64,000 nt of DNA from Geosiphon pyriformis uo1 (taxonomy: Eukaryota > Fungi > Glomeromycota). Shown piece after piece: positions 11,658-24,350 of the stretch (the first letter of the stretch is position 1; each line of letters begins with the position of its first letter). Location of the stretch: assembly GCA_016748015.1 (NCBI GenBank), contig JAAOMT010000664.1:566715-630714 (forward strand). Reading direction: 5' to 3'. The notes below the pieces were generated by a model. That model searched no databases, was not told the origin of the DNA, and saw only the letters and a program-made list of their open reading frames with translations. A program made the position numbers and the translations under genes.

Positions 11658-12515
11658 TATTATTCATAAAAAGAAAACAGATATAGAAAAATAGTAGACC
11701 AATAAGAGAGTAGTAGTTAGCACATGAGCACATTGCTCAGCAATGTGGAGCAATATCAAAAATCATAGCACATTGCTTAGCAATATAGAGCAATGTTAGA
11801 AAATATAGCACATTGTTCAGCAATATAAGCATTACTTGAGAAATTATAGCACATTGCTCGAGAATGTGAGTGATCTCATAGAACCCAAATTATGTATATA
11901 TAGTAGTAGCATTAGAAGTAAAAAAGACAGACCTTCCAGTTTAGAGTTCATCTAAGCAACTTTTCAAATTAACAAATATCATTTACTATCTCAATCCACT
12001 CTCTACTATTAACATGAAATATTGATAGTAATTGATACTTAACCACACTGGAACAATAGCTCTTGATCATGGCTATTGATGAGATACTAACTTGTAATTG
12101 TTTTTGTTCATTTTTTTTATCTTCTTTTATTTCTTTCATTTTCTTTTTGTTATTTTTTTTGGAGTTACTAATTAATTGAAAATTAAGCACTGAGATATTG
12201 ATGTCAAGAATAGCCTGGTAAAAGACCCAAAAATAAGGGTAGAAAAAGAACATATATATATTAATGGATAGCTTACCAGAAGAGCATCTCTGCCAGATTA
12301 CTGGCCACCATGCTGAAAAAAAAATTTGATGGAATTGTGATTCCAGGAGGCTATGAAAAAGACAACAATTAAATTTCTGTTCATTATACAAAAAACTTAA
12401 TGTTAAAACCTTCAGATACAACCAACATACTAGTATCACTAGCATTATCAAGATATTGAGCACCAAGTTACAGATTTGTTATTTGATTTGAGACCCCAAA
12501 TAATCATTTGTAACA
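11658..12515 (+). repeat. 3' LTR of element B
   Basis: Follows PPT aaaagaggaga; start tattattcata is mutated tgttactcata; ends tgtaaca. Confidence 0.94.
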
Positions 12516-13192
12516 ATGAATAAGACTTGATTATACCATCAGTATTATTTACTTATCAGACAATAAAGCAAGATACTACACAAGCAACACTATTTGAATT
12601 AGTATATGATAGAACAGCAACATTACCAATAGAGATAAAAGTCAACACTTATCCAACAAAACCAATAACTAAAGACAATTTGCAGAAAACATTGCTAAGA
12701 AAAACATATAATTTGATGAAAACACTAGAAAACAAATGGCAAAAAGCAGCTGATAATATTCAAAAGTCACAAAAAAAACAAAAAAAAAGACATGATAACC
12801 AACTACCAGATAAACCAGTTGAATTCAAGATTGGAAACAAAGTACTTTTACATTGTATTAAAGTAGAAAAACAGTGGAGTAGAAAATTTGACCCCAAATG
12901 GGATGGGCCATTTTACATAGAAAAAATTCTTGGAAATAGAGCTTATAAATTAAGATAGAACAACAAAATATTAGCCAAAGCAGCACATGATGATTGACTG
13001 AAACCATATTACCATATAGTGTCACCATCTACCAGCAATATTCTACAATTAAAAGTATAGAGAATACTAGTCCAACCAGATAAAATTCTATGAGATCTGG
13101 AACCAATCATAATTATTGGACCAAACATGTAAAATTGAACAAGAAAAAGAGTATATAAAGATATAATAGATGTAACAAAAGACTTCAAAAAA

Positions 13193-13819
13193 ATGGAAAT
13201 TACTGACAATATCCACTTACTAGCACAACAACTTTTCCAATTAATTCAACAACAGAATATAGAAATTACTATCAATCAACAAATTATTTGATACCGAGAT
13301 ACTAGAAAAATACCCAAATACAAAAGTCAAAAAAAAACAGAAAACACTATCGACAAAATAGTTCTGAAGATAAAATTAGCAATAGAAGAACCAACAAGTG
13401 TCACTACATATTAGGAATTGACCAAAAAAACTTGAAAATGGTGAATACACGAATTTCCAAAAAACTTTTGCTATTTCTACTTGGAATGACACTTGAATAT
13501 TCAAAACCAAACAAAGTGATTATTCAACACAACAATATTGCAACAACTAGAACAGTTTGTAAGAAAAAACAATTTGACTACACAAGCAAGAGCCATCTAT
13601 TGGCTACATACTGGATTTCAAGACAGACCAGAAATCTTATTTCATCCAAAAATAGACTCTATTATAGTTAACCAAATGGGAAAAATAACTAACACCCAAT
13701 TTGAAAAATTACAAAACAAAATAACTCAAGTAATTCTCGAAAAAGAAGTTCAAAAAATACTCAAAAACAGTGAATTAAAGTTAGAAGATTTGGGAGATCT
13801 CAATAGAGCTCAATATTAA
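13193..13819 (+). pseudogene. Element A ORF3, ~200 aa, unknown function
   Basis: Reads MEITDNIHLLAQQLFQ...DLNRAQY*. Preceded by gtatataaag at 13151. Homologous to ORF3 of element D. Confidence 0.75.
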
Positions 13820-13833
13820 AAAAGGAAGAATAA

Positions 13834-14708
13834 TGTTACTTATAGAACATAGGAAGTATATTAGCATATAAATTAGCCAATCAGAAGTAGCCGTAGTAAA
13901 TGTAGAATTCCAGGATTTCTCTCAAAAAAAATTGCAGGATTCCAGGAGTTTTAGGATTCTTGTACAAGGAATTACAGAATTTTAGAATTCCAGAGTTCCT
14001 CTTAAGAGAAATTGCAGGATTCCAGGAATTCTAGGATTCCTGGTGTGAAGAATTGGGGAATTGAGAAATCTTAATTATGTATATATAGCAGTAGTGTTAG
14101 AAGCAAAAAGAGACAGAATCTTTTAGTTAGAGACCTCTTAGTTTAGATTTCATCTAAGCGACTTTCTAATTCACAAATATCAAATAAATAACTATTTTCT
14201 ATCTCAATCTCACTCTCCACTATCAACATCTTATGTTGATAGTAATTGATACTTAAACACACTGGAACAATAGCTCTTGATTATGGTTATTGACAGGATA
14301 CTAACATTCATTGTCTTGGCTTATTTCTTTTATCTTCTTTTATTTCTGTTATTTCTTTTGTTTTACTAATTACTTGAAAATTAAGCACTGAGATATTGAT
14401 GTTACAGATAGCCTGGTAAAAGATCCTAAAGGAAGGGTATAGAAATTGAGAATTTAAGGATAGCTTACCAGAAGGGTATCTCTGCTAAGATTACTGGCCA
14501 CCATGCTGAGAAAAAAATTTGATGGAATTGTGATTCCAGAAGGCTATTGGAAAAACAACCATTGAATCTCTGTCTATTATACAAAGGACTCTACAACAAA
14601 ATCTTTAGATAAAACAACACCTTCAGATATTATCAACAATTTTATCAATTGAGCACCAAGTTATGGGTTTGTTATTTGATTTAAGACTCCAAATAATTAC
14701 CTGTAACA
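13834..14708 (+). repeat. 3' LTR of element A
   Basis: Termini TGTTAC...GTAACA directly after the PPT; GGAATTCCAGGATTCC-type U3 repeats; TATA at ~14080. Confidence 0.92.
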
Positions 14709-17516
14709 GTACAGATTTCTATAAAAGCATTTCAAATAAGTAGTAACTGCTTTATTATTGTTTTGTTTAATAATAAAACTAGTTAACAAATAATTGATGC
14801 TGTTATTATTATTGAAATACTGTAAAAACACAGTTTTAAATGCATTATAATTTTGGAGTTTGTTTACAAGATTCTGGTACCACAAGTTAATAGTGTTCTA
14901 AAAAAAGTATAAGATGACTTGAAATACTCTAGTATTATTTTATCCATGGCTATAATGGTTTTTGCTATATTGTTTAGCCATGTTTAAGCATTGTTCTTTT
15001 TACTAATAAATTTTTTGAGTTTTGTGATTGGTACATAAGTCATTAGTGTGAGTAGTAATAATTGTTGTAGTTATTACTAAGCAGCAATTGGTGCTATTAG
15101 TAGTTGATTAATTAAAATAACAAGAGGCAAGTTTCCTGAAAAAATAAGAGCTGGATTTGAATTGTTTAAGTTTGGCTGAGTTTGAACAATTAGAATTTGA
15201 ATTTTTATATTATTTAAAATTGGGTTTTGATTATTATTTTTCTGATTGCTGTTTTTTTCTGAATTAGTGTTTTTTTAATGACTAATAGATCCGAAATTTG
15301 GTTGAAATAACAATAATTAAAGTCTTAATAGTGTTATTAATTGTGATTTAAATTCTTTAAAGAAATTGCCATGAGTTCTTAATAGTTTGGCTTTTTCTTA
15401 ATTATTTTGGAATAATACTCTAAATAATAGTATTTTTACTGTTATGGTTGAAACTTATACTTTTTATTAATTATCACATGTATTAGCCACTAATGTCATA
15501 TAAATTAGCCACTCTATTTTTAGATGATGATCATTGACCTGATCAATGACCTGACCATTAACCTGATTATTGACTTGATTATTGACCTAATTATTAATCT
15601 AATCAATAACCTGATCATTGACCTGACCATTGACCTGATTATTGACCATTTTTGACAACTATATAAGCAATGAATCTCTTAACTGTAGAAAAACATATTC
15701 AAAATAATCAAGAATAAATAAAATAACAACTTTTATCTCAATTATTCTCTTATTGCTAATTTCTCTTTTTCTATTTTCAAGTATCCGAATATTTTGAAAT
15801 AAAAGATTACTTGTTGGTTATTTCCTATCCTTTTCTTGAAATGTATAAGTGTAGCATTTGAAGATTATTGAATAAAACGTGACTAAAGAGCACATTTGAT
15901 ACTTGATATTGAATTCTAAGAGTGCTGACATGAGGCATAGAATTATACTAAGTGTGATCATTTGTTGACAGTACGGACTATTCCTCTACTTTCAAATTCC
16001 CCAGTTACCTTTTTAAAAAAATAGCAACTGAGATATTTTATGAGACTGATCTCACACATTGAATCCATACTTATTCAATTCACTCTTTGAAGTTGAAATT
16101 CCTTTGATTATTTCCATTACCCTATAATTCTGTTCTCTCTTGCTATCTGTTAGCTTGTTATTCCAACTCATAACATTACTATTAATGTTAATATAGATTT
16201 GGATGATATGTAAATACTACTTTCTGGTATATAATAATATGATAGATGAATAGATGAAATAATTTTTGGTTTTTTCTAAATAGACTGTTGTATTTTTTTT
16301 GGTATTCTTGTTAAAGTTTATAATTTCTCTTTGTTTGCAAAGATAATAAAAAATCTTTGTTAAGTGTAATTCTCAATTTCTCAATTTATTTTTGCAATTA
16401 ATAAGATAAACAAATAATTTTATAAAAACATGGTGCTTTGGAGTAATTTACTATAAAAATTGTTAAGAGCAGCTTCTGAATTTTTTGGTTTCCCAAGTAG
16501 AATGTAATTTTTTCATTGACATAAAAGTTGAAAACTAATTCTGCTAACCAATAGTTACTTATAAGTTTGAGATAAATTTGATAATATTAAAATAAAAATT
16601 TGGTAAATCTTAAATAGTTTGTTTCTATTACTTCTAATTCTGCCACTTTTCTGAATGATTGATGTTGATGCTAGTTTTCTGTTGAATTATATTTTACAAA
16701 GAGCATTAAGTGTTACAGGTAATTTTTGGGGTGTTAAAACAAATAACAAATCCATAACTTGATGCTCAATAGTTGTTAATAATAGTAATTTCTGAAGATT
16801 TTAAAGTTTAAAAGTTTTGGTTAAGTCTTTTATATAATATACAGAGATTCAATTAATGATTTTTTTTGTGAATTTTTTTTTCAGTATGGTGGCCAGTTTA
16901 TTCTGGCAGTTGTGCTTTTCTAATAAGCTATCTTTAAATTTCTACTTTTGTTCTTGAGTTTTTACCAAACTATTTTTGATGTTAATTACTCAATGTTTAA
17001 TCTTTTTAATTAATTAGTAAACAACAAAAAAAATAAAATAAAAATAAAATAAAATAAAAAATAAAAAATTAGTATCTTGTTAATAACCATAATTAAGAGT
17101 TATTAGTTCAGCGTGATTAAGTATTGAATTCTATTAACATGAAGTGTTAATAGTGTGGAATAAATTAATATTTCTTTAATTAAGTAATAATAACATAAAT
17201 TTGGATAATAATAAATGTTTTATTAATATAAGTATAATTCCACTTCAAGTTATAGAAAACTATTTTTTAAAAAGAAAAATATTGTTGTTTTGAACTGAAT
17301 TGTCTCTATTGAATACTTTTTCTGCTTTTAATACTCTTATTATATATATATAATTTGTGTTATACAAGATTCTTTAAAATTTTTTAATTTCTTTGAAAAA
17401 AATTCTGGAATTCTGTAATTTTTTGAAAGAAATTTTGGAAATTTTTTTTTTATTACACTTATTTCTGATTGGTTATTTTATCTACTTATAATAATTTCTA
17501 ATCTTTATAAATAACA
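14709..17516 (-). mobile_element. Gypsy element C: 5' LTR (16711-17516), PBS and gag; interrupted by K and by A
   Basis: The reverse complement shows an A/B/D-family LTR, a PBS and gag (WYQNLVNKLQNYNAFK...AVTTYL, ORF 14697-14885). Confidence 0.87.
15440..16175 (+). mobile_element. Solo LTR K (F/G family) inserted in gag of C
   Basis: TGTTATGG...CATAACA flanked by a perfect TTAC TSD; homologous to the LTRs at 38194 and 58664; 12-bp ATTGACCTGATC tandem array at ~15530-15650. Confidence 0.92.
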
Positions 17517-18188
17517 ATATTAATTTTGTTATATGGTAAGAATTATTCAAAATTTTTAACTTGTATTTTAATTTATATAATTTGTTATTGATAATTTTAA
17601 CTATTTTACATATAAAAAACTTATTATTTATATTTGAATGATTAATTTTTGAAATCTTAATTTGCACAAAATTTTCAATTTTATAAGATATTTTTTGTTT
17701 TGTATTTTTACAAAATATTTTTTTTGGTATTTTTTTAATATTATTAAGATATAAGTTATAAGCAATTTAACATATTTTGTAATAATTAGTAGATAAGTTA
17801 GAAATATTGTGTAGTATATTTTTTTAGTTATCATTATCTTATTAAAAAAATTAATATAGAAAATAAATATAAAAAAAACAAAAAAACAAAAATATTATCT
17901 TGTTACTTAAAATTATAATTGAAAAAATTTAAAAATTATTAAAATAAGATTTAGTGCTTTTCAAAAAACTATTAATTTTTTTTGTTTATTGCTTAATAAT
18001 ATTTTTCTTGATTTTTTTTGATTTTTTTTAATAGTATTTATTATTTAATATTACTATTGCTGGTTTAATCATTATTGCTAATTATTTTGTTGGATATTTT
18101 AATATCAATACTACTGTTTTTATTAATTAATTTGCTATTGCTTTTGTTAATTATTTTACTATTGTTTTTGCTGGTTATTTTGTTATAA

Positions 18189-21100
18189 TATTACCCAAGT
18201 AAAAAACCAATTCAAAGCTATTAAAAAAAACGTAATTAATATGTAATAACATAAAAAAACATAATAATACAAAATAAAACATAATAATTTAGAATAATAT
18301 AAATAATACAAAATAACTAGTCATAATATAAAATAACTAATTATAATATAAAAAAACAAAGCAATAACAAAAATAGTAAACAATAGCTAATAATAACAAA
18401 TAATTGAAAAAAATCTTATAAAATTAAAGAATATATATAAAAACAAATAGTTATAGCAAATAAAAAAGACAGACAAAAGACAAAAATCCATTTTTTTAAA
18501 ACATATCTTAACTTTAATTTAATAAAACTTTTTTATTTTAATTTTTTTATAAATTTTTTTATTCACTATTAAATAAAAAATATTATTTAATTCATTTATA
18601 TTTAATTACAAAATTTATGTTGTCAAAATTAAATTAATTATTTTTTTTACTTTTATTCCAAATTAATGCTATTAACATAAACAACTTCAGAATTTTAATA
18701 ACTTGAACTAATTGTTCTTGATAATAACAATTAATAATACTAATTTTTCTTCTTTTTTTATTTTTTTTTATTTTTGTAAAACAGTAACAAAAGAAATTAA
18801 TTGTTTAAAAATAGACTTTATAATAATCTGGTAAAAAAAAGAAGCTTTTTTTAAGTTTGGATATTAATTTTATCTTGTTAACTTACCAGAAAAACAAAAA
18901 AACTATGCCAAATTCTAATAATTGTATTTAATTAGCTTAGAAAAGATAGCTTATATTTACAATTGTAAATTGCCAAAAATACATCTTTATGTCTTATAAT
19001 TAAAGAATTCTATAGATAAATTTACATATAGTAAAAACTTTCAAAGACTAATAAATCTTAACATGCTTTTTATACAATCAAAAAAACTTTATAGCTTTTT
19101 TATTTAAATTTAAAACACCAAATATTATTATAATATCTTATTAAGTTTATTTGTAATATTTGGTGTTTTTTGTAAGATTATAAAATCCACAAAGACAGAA
19201 ATTCACAAAAATAATGACTATTAAAACTATAAGAAAAAATTATTTATCATTTAAAAAAGTATTATATTATTATTTTAAAAAAAATTTAAAAATATTAACA
19301 AAAATTATTATTACTGAAAACAATTTTATTTATTATATATATGTTAAAATTAACTATTTATTAAACCAAATAACAGATACAGAAAAATTTAAAAAGCAAA
19401 TTTACCAATAATTATTAACATATTCAACTTTAACTATTACAAAAATTATAGCCAAGACTTTTTTTTTAATTAACAAAAAAATTGAGTTATATACATAAAA
19501 ACAATACCTTTAGTTAAAAAAAAACAAATATTAAAACCTAATTCCAAAGAATTTAAGTTTAACTTCAATAATAATACACAAATTATACAGAAAAAAATCT
19601 TATTTATGATTAATAAAAAATTAAATTTTTTTTACTAATAACTTTTTTATATTATTAGACCCAAAAAGCAGAATTTTATTTAATCAACTTATTAAATTAC
19701 AATTAAAAACTCTGAAAACTTTTGAGAATTTGTATTTTTAAGAACTCTAACCAAAATTTTTGGATTAAATTTCTAAAAGAATATAAATTTTTGTTTGAAA
19801 GTTTTATCTTAGCAACTAGTAACTTAAACAAAAGCACTTTCTCATAGACAACACTTCTAATCTGGCCATTAACCAAATTAACAACTATTTTTTTAGAAAA
19901 AACATTTATATTGTAACTTATTAAAACAGTAAACAAAAAAAAACAATCAGTCTTAATATCAACAAAACAATCAGACATACTTTTGTTAATATTCTTTTTG
20001 TTTAAACTTAAACAAATTTTTATTACTTAAGTTATGACTTATAAAGACATTGTTAGACTAAAAAAATTATTTAGTAAAAAAAACAATACATATATATAAA
20101 TTGTAAAAGCTAAAAAAGCAATTAGAACTAATAATTAAAACAAAACCAGAACAATTCAAGTTTTTTTTTTAACTGAAATTATAAACTCATAATACCAAAG
20201 TTTTAATTAAAAACCAATTAACTTTGTCACATTTAAACTTGTTTTTTTATAGTATTTTTGTGATTCAAATACATTTATCAAACTACAAATTTAATTTAGT
20301 ATAATAAAACAGAAAAATTATAAAACTGTAACTACTTATTTTGAAAAATTTAATTAAATTTTCTGCCAAATTTAGGTAATTAAAAAAAACTATTACATCT
20401 CAAGTCAAGTTCTTAACTAATTTATCAAAAAACTAAGAAGCAATATTCTTTAATCTATTAGACTTTAATATTTTAACAACTTATAAAAAACAGTAATACT
20501 TGTCTATAATTTCGAATCAATAGAAAAAAAAGCCAACCATATTCAAGCTGTTAATTTAGTCATAAATAAAATCTCTAATATTGATGTAAAGTTTATTCAA
20601 TTAAGTAAAAAATTGACTCAGAAAATTGAGAAATTTTTTGTTAAAAATACAAGAACTTATTTGGTTATTTAGCAAATCACAACTTAAAAGAAAATATGTA
20701 AAATAAAGTACTTATCTGCAGCAATTTTTATATAAAATACATTATAAAAAAGAACCAAAAATATTAATACCAACAGTTTGTTAAAGATAACTCAAATTTA
20801 ATCTTAAATTAATAAATACAGTTACTTATTAATAATTATACCAATATCTTTGAATATTTTAATTTGAAAAAAAACTGTCTTAACAAAAACAAAGTACTAT
20901 ATAGAAACAAACTTGAAACTATTTTTTGCAAGATAACTAATTATATTGTCAAATGCCAAAATTATATTACACTATAATAAGTTATAAAAAATAATGAAAA
21001 AAAAATTGGTTTGTTTAATATGTATTTTGATTTAACAATAAGACATTTTAACAAAAATACTATCTTAAAAAAAACAATAATCTATATTATTGGCCAATAA

Positions 21101-23902
21101 TATATAAGAATATCTTTGAATATGTCTTTAATTATGATTTTTATTAAAAAAAAGAATAAACCAGAATAATAAAACCACTTTAATCTATTCTAATTGAAAA
21201 TCTATTTAATAAAATTAAAATTAATTTGATTGAATCTCTTTTAATTATTTTCAAAAAATTACTATATTGCTATAACTGTAAATTATCTTACCAAATAGCT
21301 TAAAATTAGAGCTATTTAAGTGGCAGATACCAAAACAATAACCAAATTTGTATATTAAAATTTGATCTGCTAATATAAATTTCTAAAAAAATTATTATTC
21401 GACCAAAAAACTTATTTTATCAATAACATGTTTACCAAACTAAGTCAACAATTTAGAATAAAATTATTATTATTATTATTATTATATTATCTTTAAACAA
21501 ATAAATTAGTAAAACAATTTAACTAAATATTGTATAAAACATTAGCAAAAATAAGTTATAAAAATATGTAAGAATAAAACTTATTTATACTTTTAGTATT
21601 ATTTGCATGTTAAATATTAAAGCAAAATACTATTTAGTTTATACTATTTGAACTAATTTATAGAAAGAAAGCCATTTTATCTATTGAATAAAAAATACTT
21701 TTTTTCTTAACAGAAACAATTATTAAAGAACATATTAACTCTTAAAAACATTAGAAAACAATCATAAAACAACAGTTGACAATATTAATAATACTTAAAA
21801 ATAACAGAAAAAAATACATAATAATTGTCTATTAAATTAAAGATCAAGTATTATTACATTATATTAAAGCTAAAAAACAGTAAAATAAAAAGTTTGATCT
21901 AAAGTAAAACAGATTATTTTACATATGCAAAGCTCTGAACAATAAAGCTTACAAATTATAATTAAAAAACAAAAATTTAAAAAAAGTTATACATAGAAAT
22001 TATTTAAAAATTTATCATACAATACAAAAATCATTATTATTTGTATTTTAATTAAGAATACAAATTTCATTAATTAGACTGGAAGATATATTACAAGATC
22101 TATAACCAATTATTATTATCAAATATAATTTATGTACAACAATCTGAATTATGTAAAATAAATTTATAATTACTAAAAAAACAAAAAAAAAAGTTAATAA
22201 TACTTATAACATAAACTTCTTAAACAAAATCTTGAAACTTTTATAACAATTATTTAAAACAATTTAACAATTACAATATCAATAGAAATTACAATTGATA
22301 AAAAAAAATATGATACAAAAATACAAATAAAAAAAAATGGGCAAAAGTTTAATTAAAACTAAGCATTTATATTTTTATAAATAATTAAGAAAAAAAAATT
22401 ATGTGGTCTTGCATACTCAAAAAAACCATAAAAGCTTTAAACAAATCAGTCATAAAATTAAACATGAAAAATTAAACACTGAAAACCTTCAAAGCTTAGA
22501 AAAAACGACTTTTACTAGTCTATTAATTCTTTAAAATTGGCAAAAAATTAAACTTAAAAACACTATACTTAAATATTAACAAATAAATATTTAACAAAAA
22601 AGCTTTTAAGCAAGTAAAAAAATTTATTAAAAGAAACAATTTAATATTATATTACAAGACAACATACTAACTGTATTCAGTATTTAAATACTGTTTAGCC
22701 ATATTATTAAACAATTTACTAAAAATTATTATAGTTAATTATCTAAAACAAATAACAAATTTATAGTTTAAAAATCAACAAAAAGCAATACTTAATACAA
22801 TAATTGAATATTATATTAAAAAAACAATTTTTACAAATAAATACAATTTCACAAGAGCTCAATTTTAAAAGAAAAAAATAATGTTATCTAAGTAGAAAAA
22901 CTAGTTTAAAGCTATTAAAAAAATATAATTAATATATGATAATATAAAAAAATATAATAACATAAAATAATATAGAATAATATAGAATAATTCAAAATGA
23001 TATAAGATAATATACAATAATATAAAATAGCATAGAATAATTAATTATAATATAGAATAATTAGTTATAATATAAAAGAATAAAGCAATAACAAAAATAA
23101 TAAATAATAAGTAATAATAATAATCAAAAGCAATCTTATAAAACTAGAGAATATATATACAAAAACAAATAATTTTAGCAGATAAAAAACAAACAGAAGA
23201 CAAGAACTTATTTTTTAAAAATATATCTTAGTTTTAATTTGATAAAACTCTTTTATCTTATTTTTTTTATATTTTTATATTTACTATTAAATAAAAAAAT
23301 ATTATTTAATCTACTTATATCTAATTATAAAATTTGTGTTGTTAAAATCAAATTAATTGTTTTTTTTACTTTTATTTTAAACCAGATATTATTAGCATAA
23401 ATAGCTTTAAAACTTTAATGATTTGGACCAATTGTTTTTAATTATAATAATTAATGATAATAGATTTTTTTCTTATTTTATTTTATTTATTTTATTTTTT
23501 TATTTTATTTTTTTTCTTGTAAAGTAACAACAAATAAAATAGACTGTTTAAAAATAGACTTCATAATAATCTGGTAAAAAAAAGAAAATTTTTCTAAATT
23601 TAAATATTAATTTTATTTTGTTAGTTTACCAAAAAAGTAAAAAAAAATACCAGATTTTAATAATTATGCTTAACTAGCTTGAAGAAAATAGCTTATATTT
23701 ATAATCACAAACTACCAAAAAATGCATTTTTGTGCTTTATAATTAAAAAACTTTGTGAGTAAATTTACATATAGCAAAAATCTTTAAAAATTAATAAATT
23801 TTAACACATCTTTTGTGTAATCAAAAAAAACTCTATAGCTTTCTTATTTAAATTTAAAGCACTAAATGTTATTACAATATTTTATTAAGTTTATTTATAA
23901 TA
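18189..23902 (+). mobile_element. Internally deleted Gypsy element E (gag, RNase H tail, integrase, ORF3), strongly AT-eroded
   Basis: LTRs at 18189-19158 and 22882-23902; PBS tggtgttttttgtaaga at 19161; TSD ATAA/GCAG is consistent with GCAG after transitions. Confidence 0.85.
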
Positions 23903-24350
23903 GCAGCTTCTAATTAATTTGCTAATATTTTTATTAATTATTTTACTACTGCTGTTGCTAATTATCTTGCTTTTGGTCTTTGCTAATTATCTTGTTGTTG
24001 TTTTTATTGGTTATTTTGTTACAGCTTTTAATTAACTTGCTAATATTTTTGTTGATTATTTTGCTATTGCTGTTATTAATCATCTTGTTGTTGTTTTTGC
24101 AGACTATTTTGTTGTGACTTTTAATTAACTTGCTAATGTCTTTGCTAGTTATTTTGTTATTGTTGTTGTTGATTAACTTGTGATTATCTTTGTTAGTTAT
24201 CTTGTTGTAACTCCTAATTAATTTGCTGTTGTTTTTGTTAATTATTTTGCTGTTGTTGTTGCTGGTTATTTTATTATTGCTGATTATTTTGTTTTTAATT
24301 ATTTTGCTGCTACTATTGCTATTGCCAATTATTTTGCCACTGATATTAGT
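23903..24350. repeat. Degenerate ~21-bp minisatellite (continues at ~18050-18188), inside the Ginger-like ORF
   Basis: Repeated units such as gctggttattttgttgttgtt and aattaacttgctaatattttt on both sides of E. Confidence 0.75.

Larger units (their letters stand above)
2450..12515 (+). mobile_element. Full-length Ty3/Gypsy element B (dUTPase-bearing), nested in the integrase of A
   Basis: LTRs at 2450-3305 and 11658-12515, with PBS and PPT. The 4-bp TSD reads ACAA/ATGA, both CpG-decay products of ACGA, which restores A codons cag-gac-gaa-tgg. Confidence 0.95.
1687..13138 (+). pseudogene. Element A stand-alone integrase ORF, split by element B (1687-2449 and ~12520-13138)
   Basis: Own ATG at 1687; HHCC (H-SDPTAE-H...CDAC); IDLV..L and AMDYLTKWPEA core; GPF module KWDGPFYI. 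Confidence 0.9.
1..14708 (+). mobile_element. Ty3/Gypsy LTR retrotransposon A; 5' part lies outside the window, interrupted by element B
   Basis: RT, RNase H, integrase, ORF3, PPT (aaaaaggaagaa) and 3' LTR lie in order. The integrase stops at 2449 and resumes at ~12520. The right flank is gag of element C. Confidence 0.93.

Noticed and set aside
11969-12466. 165-aa antisense ORF in the 3' LTR of B
   Set aside because: Not open in the 5' LTR or in related LTRs; it includes low-complexity translation of the T-tract.
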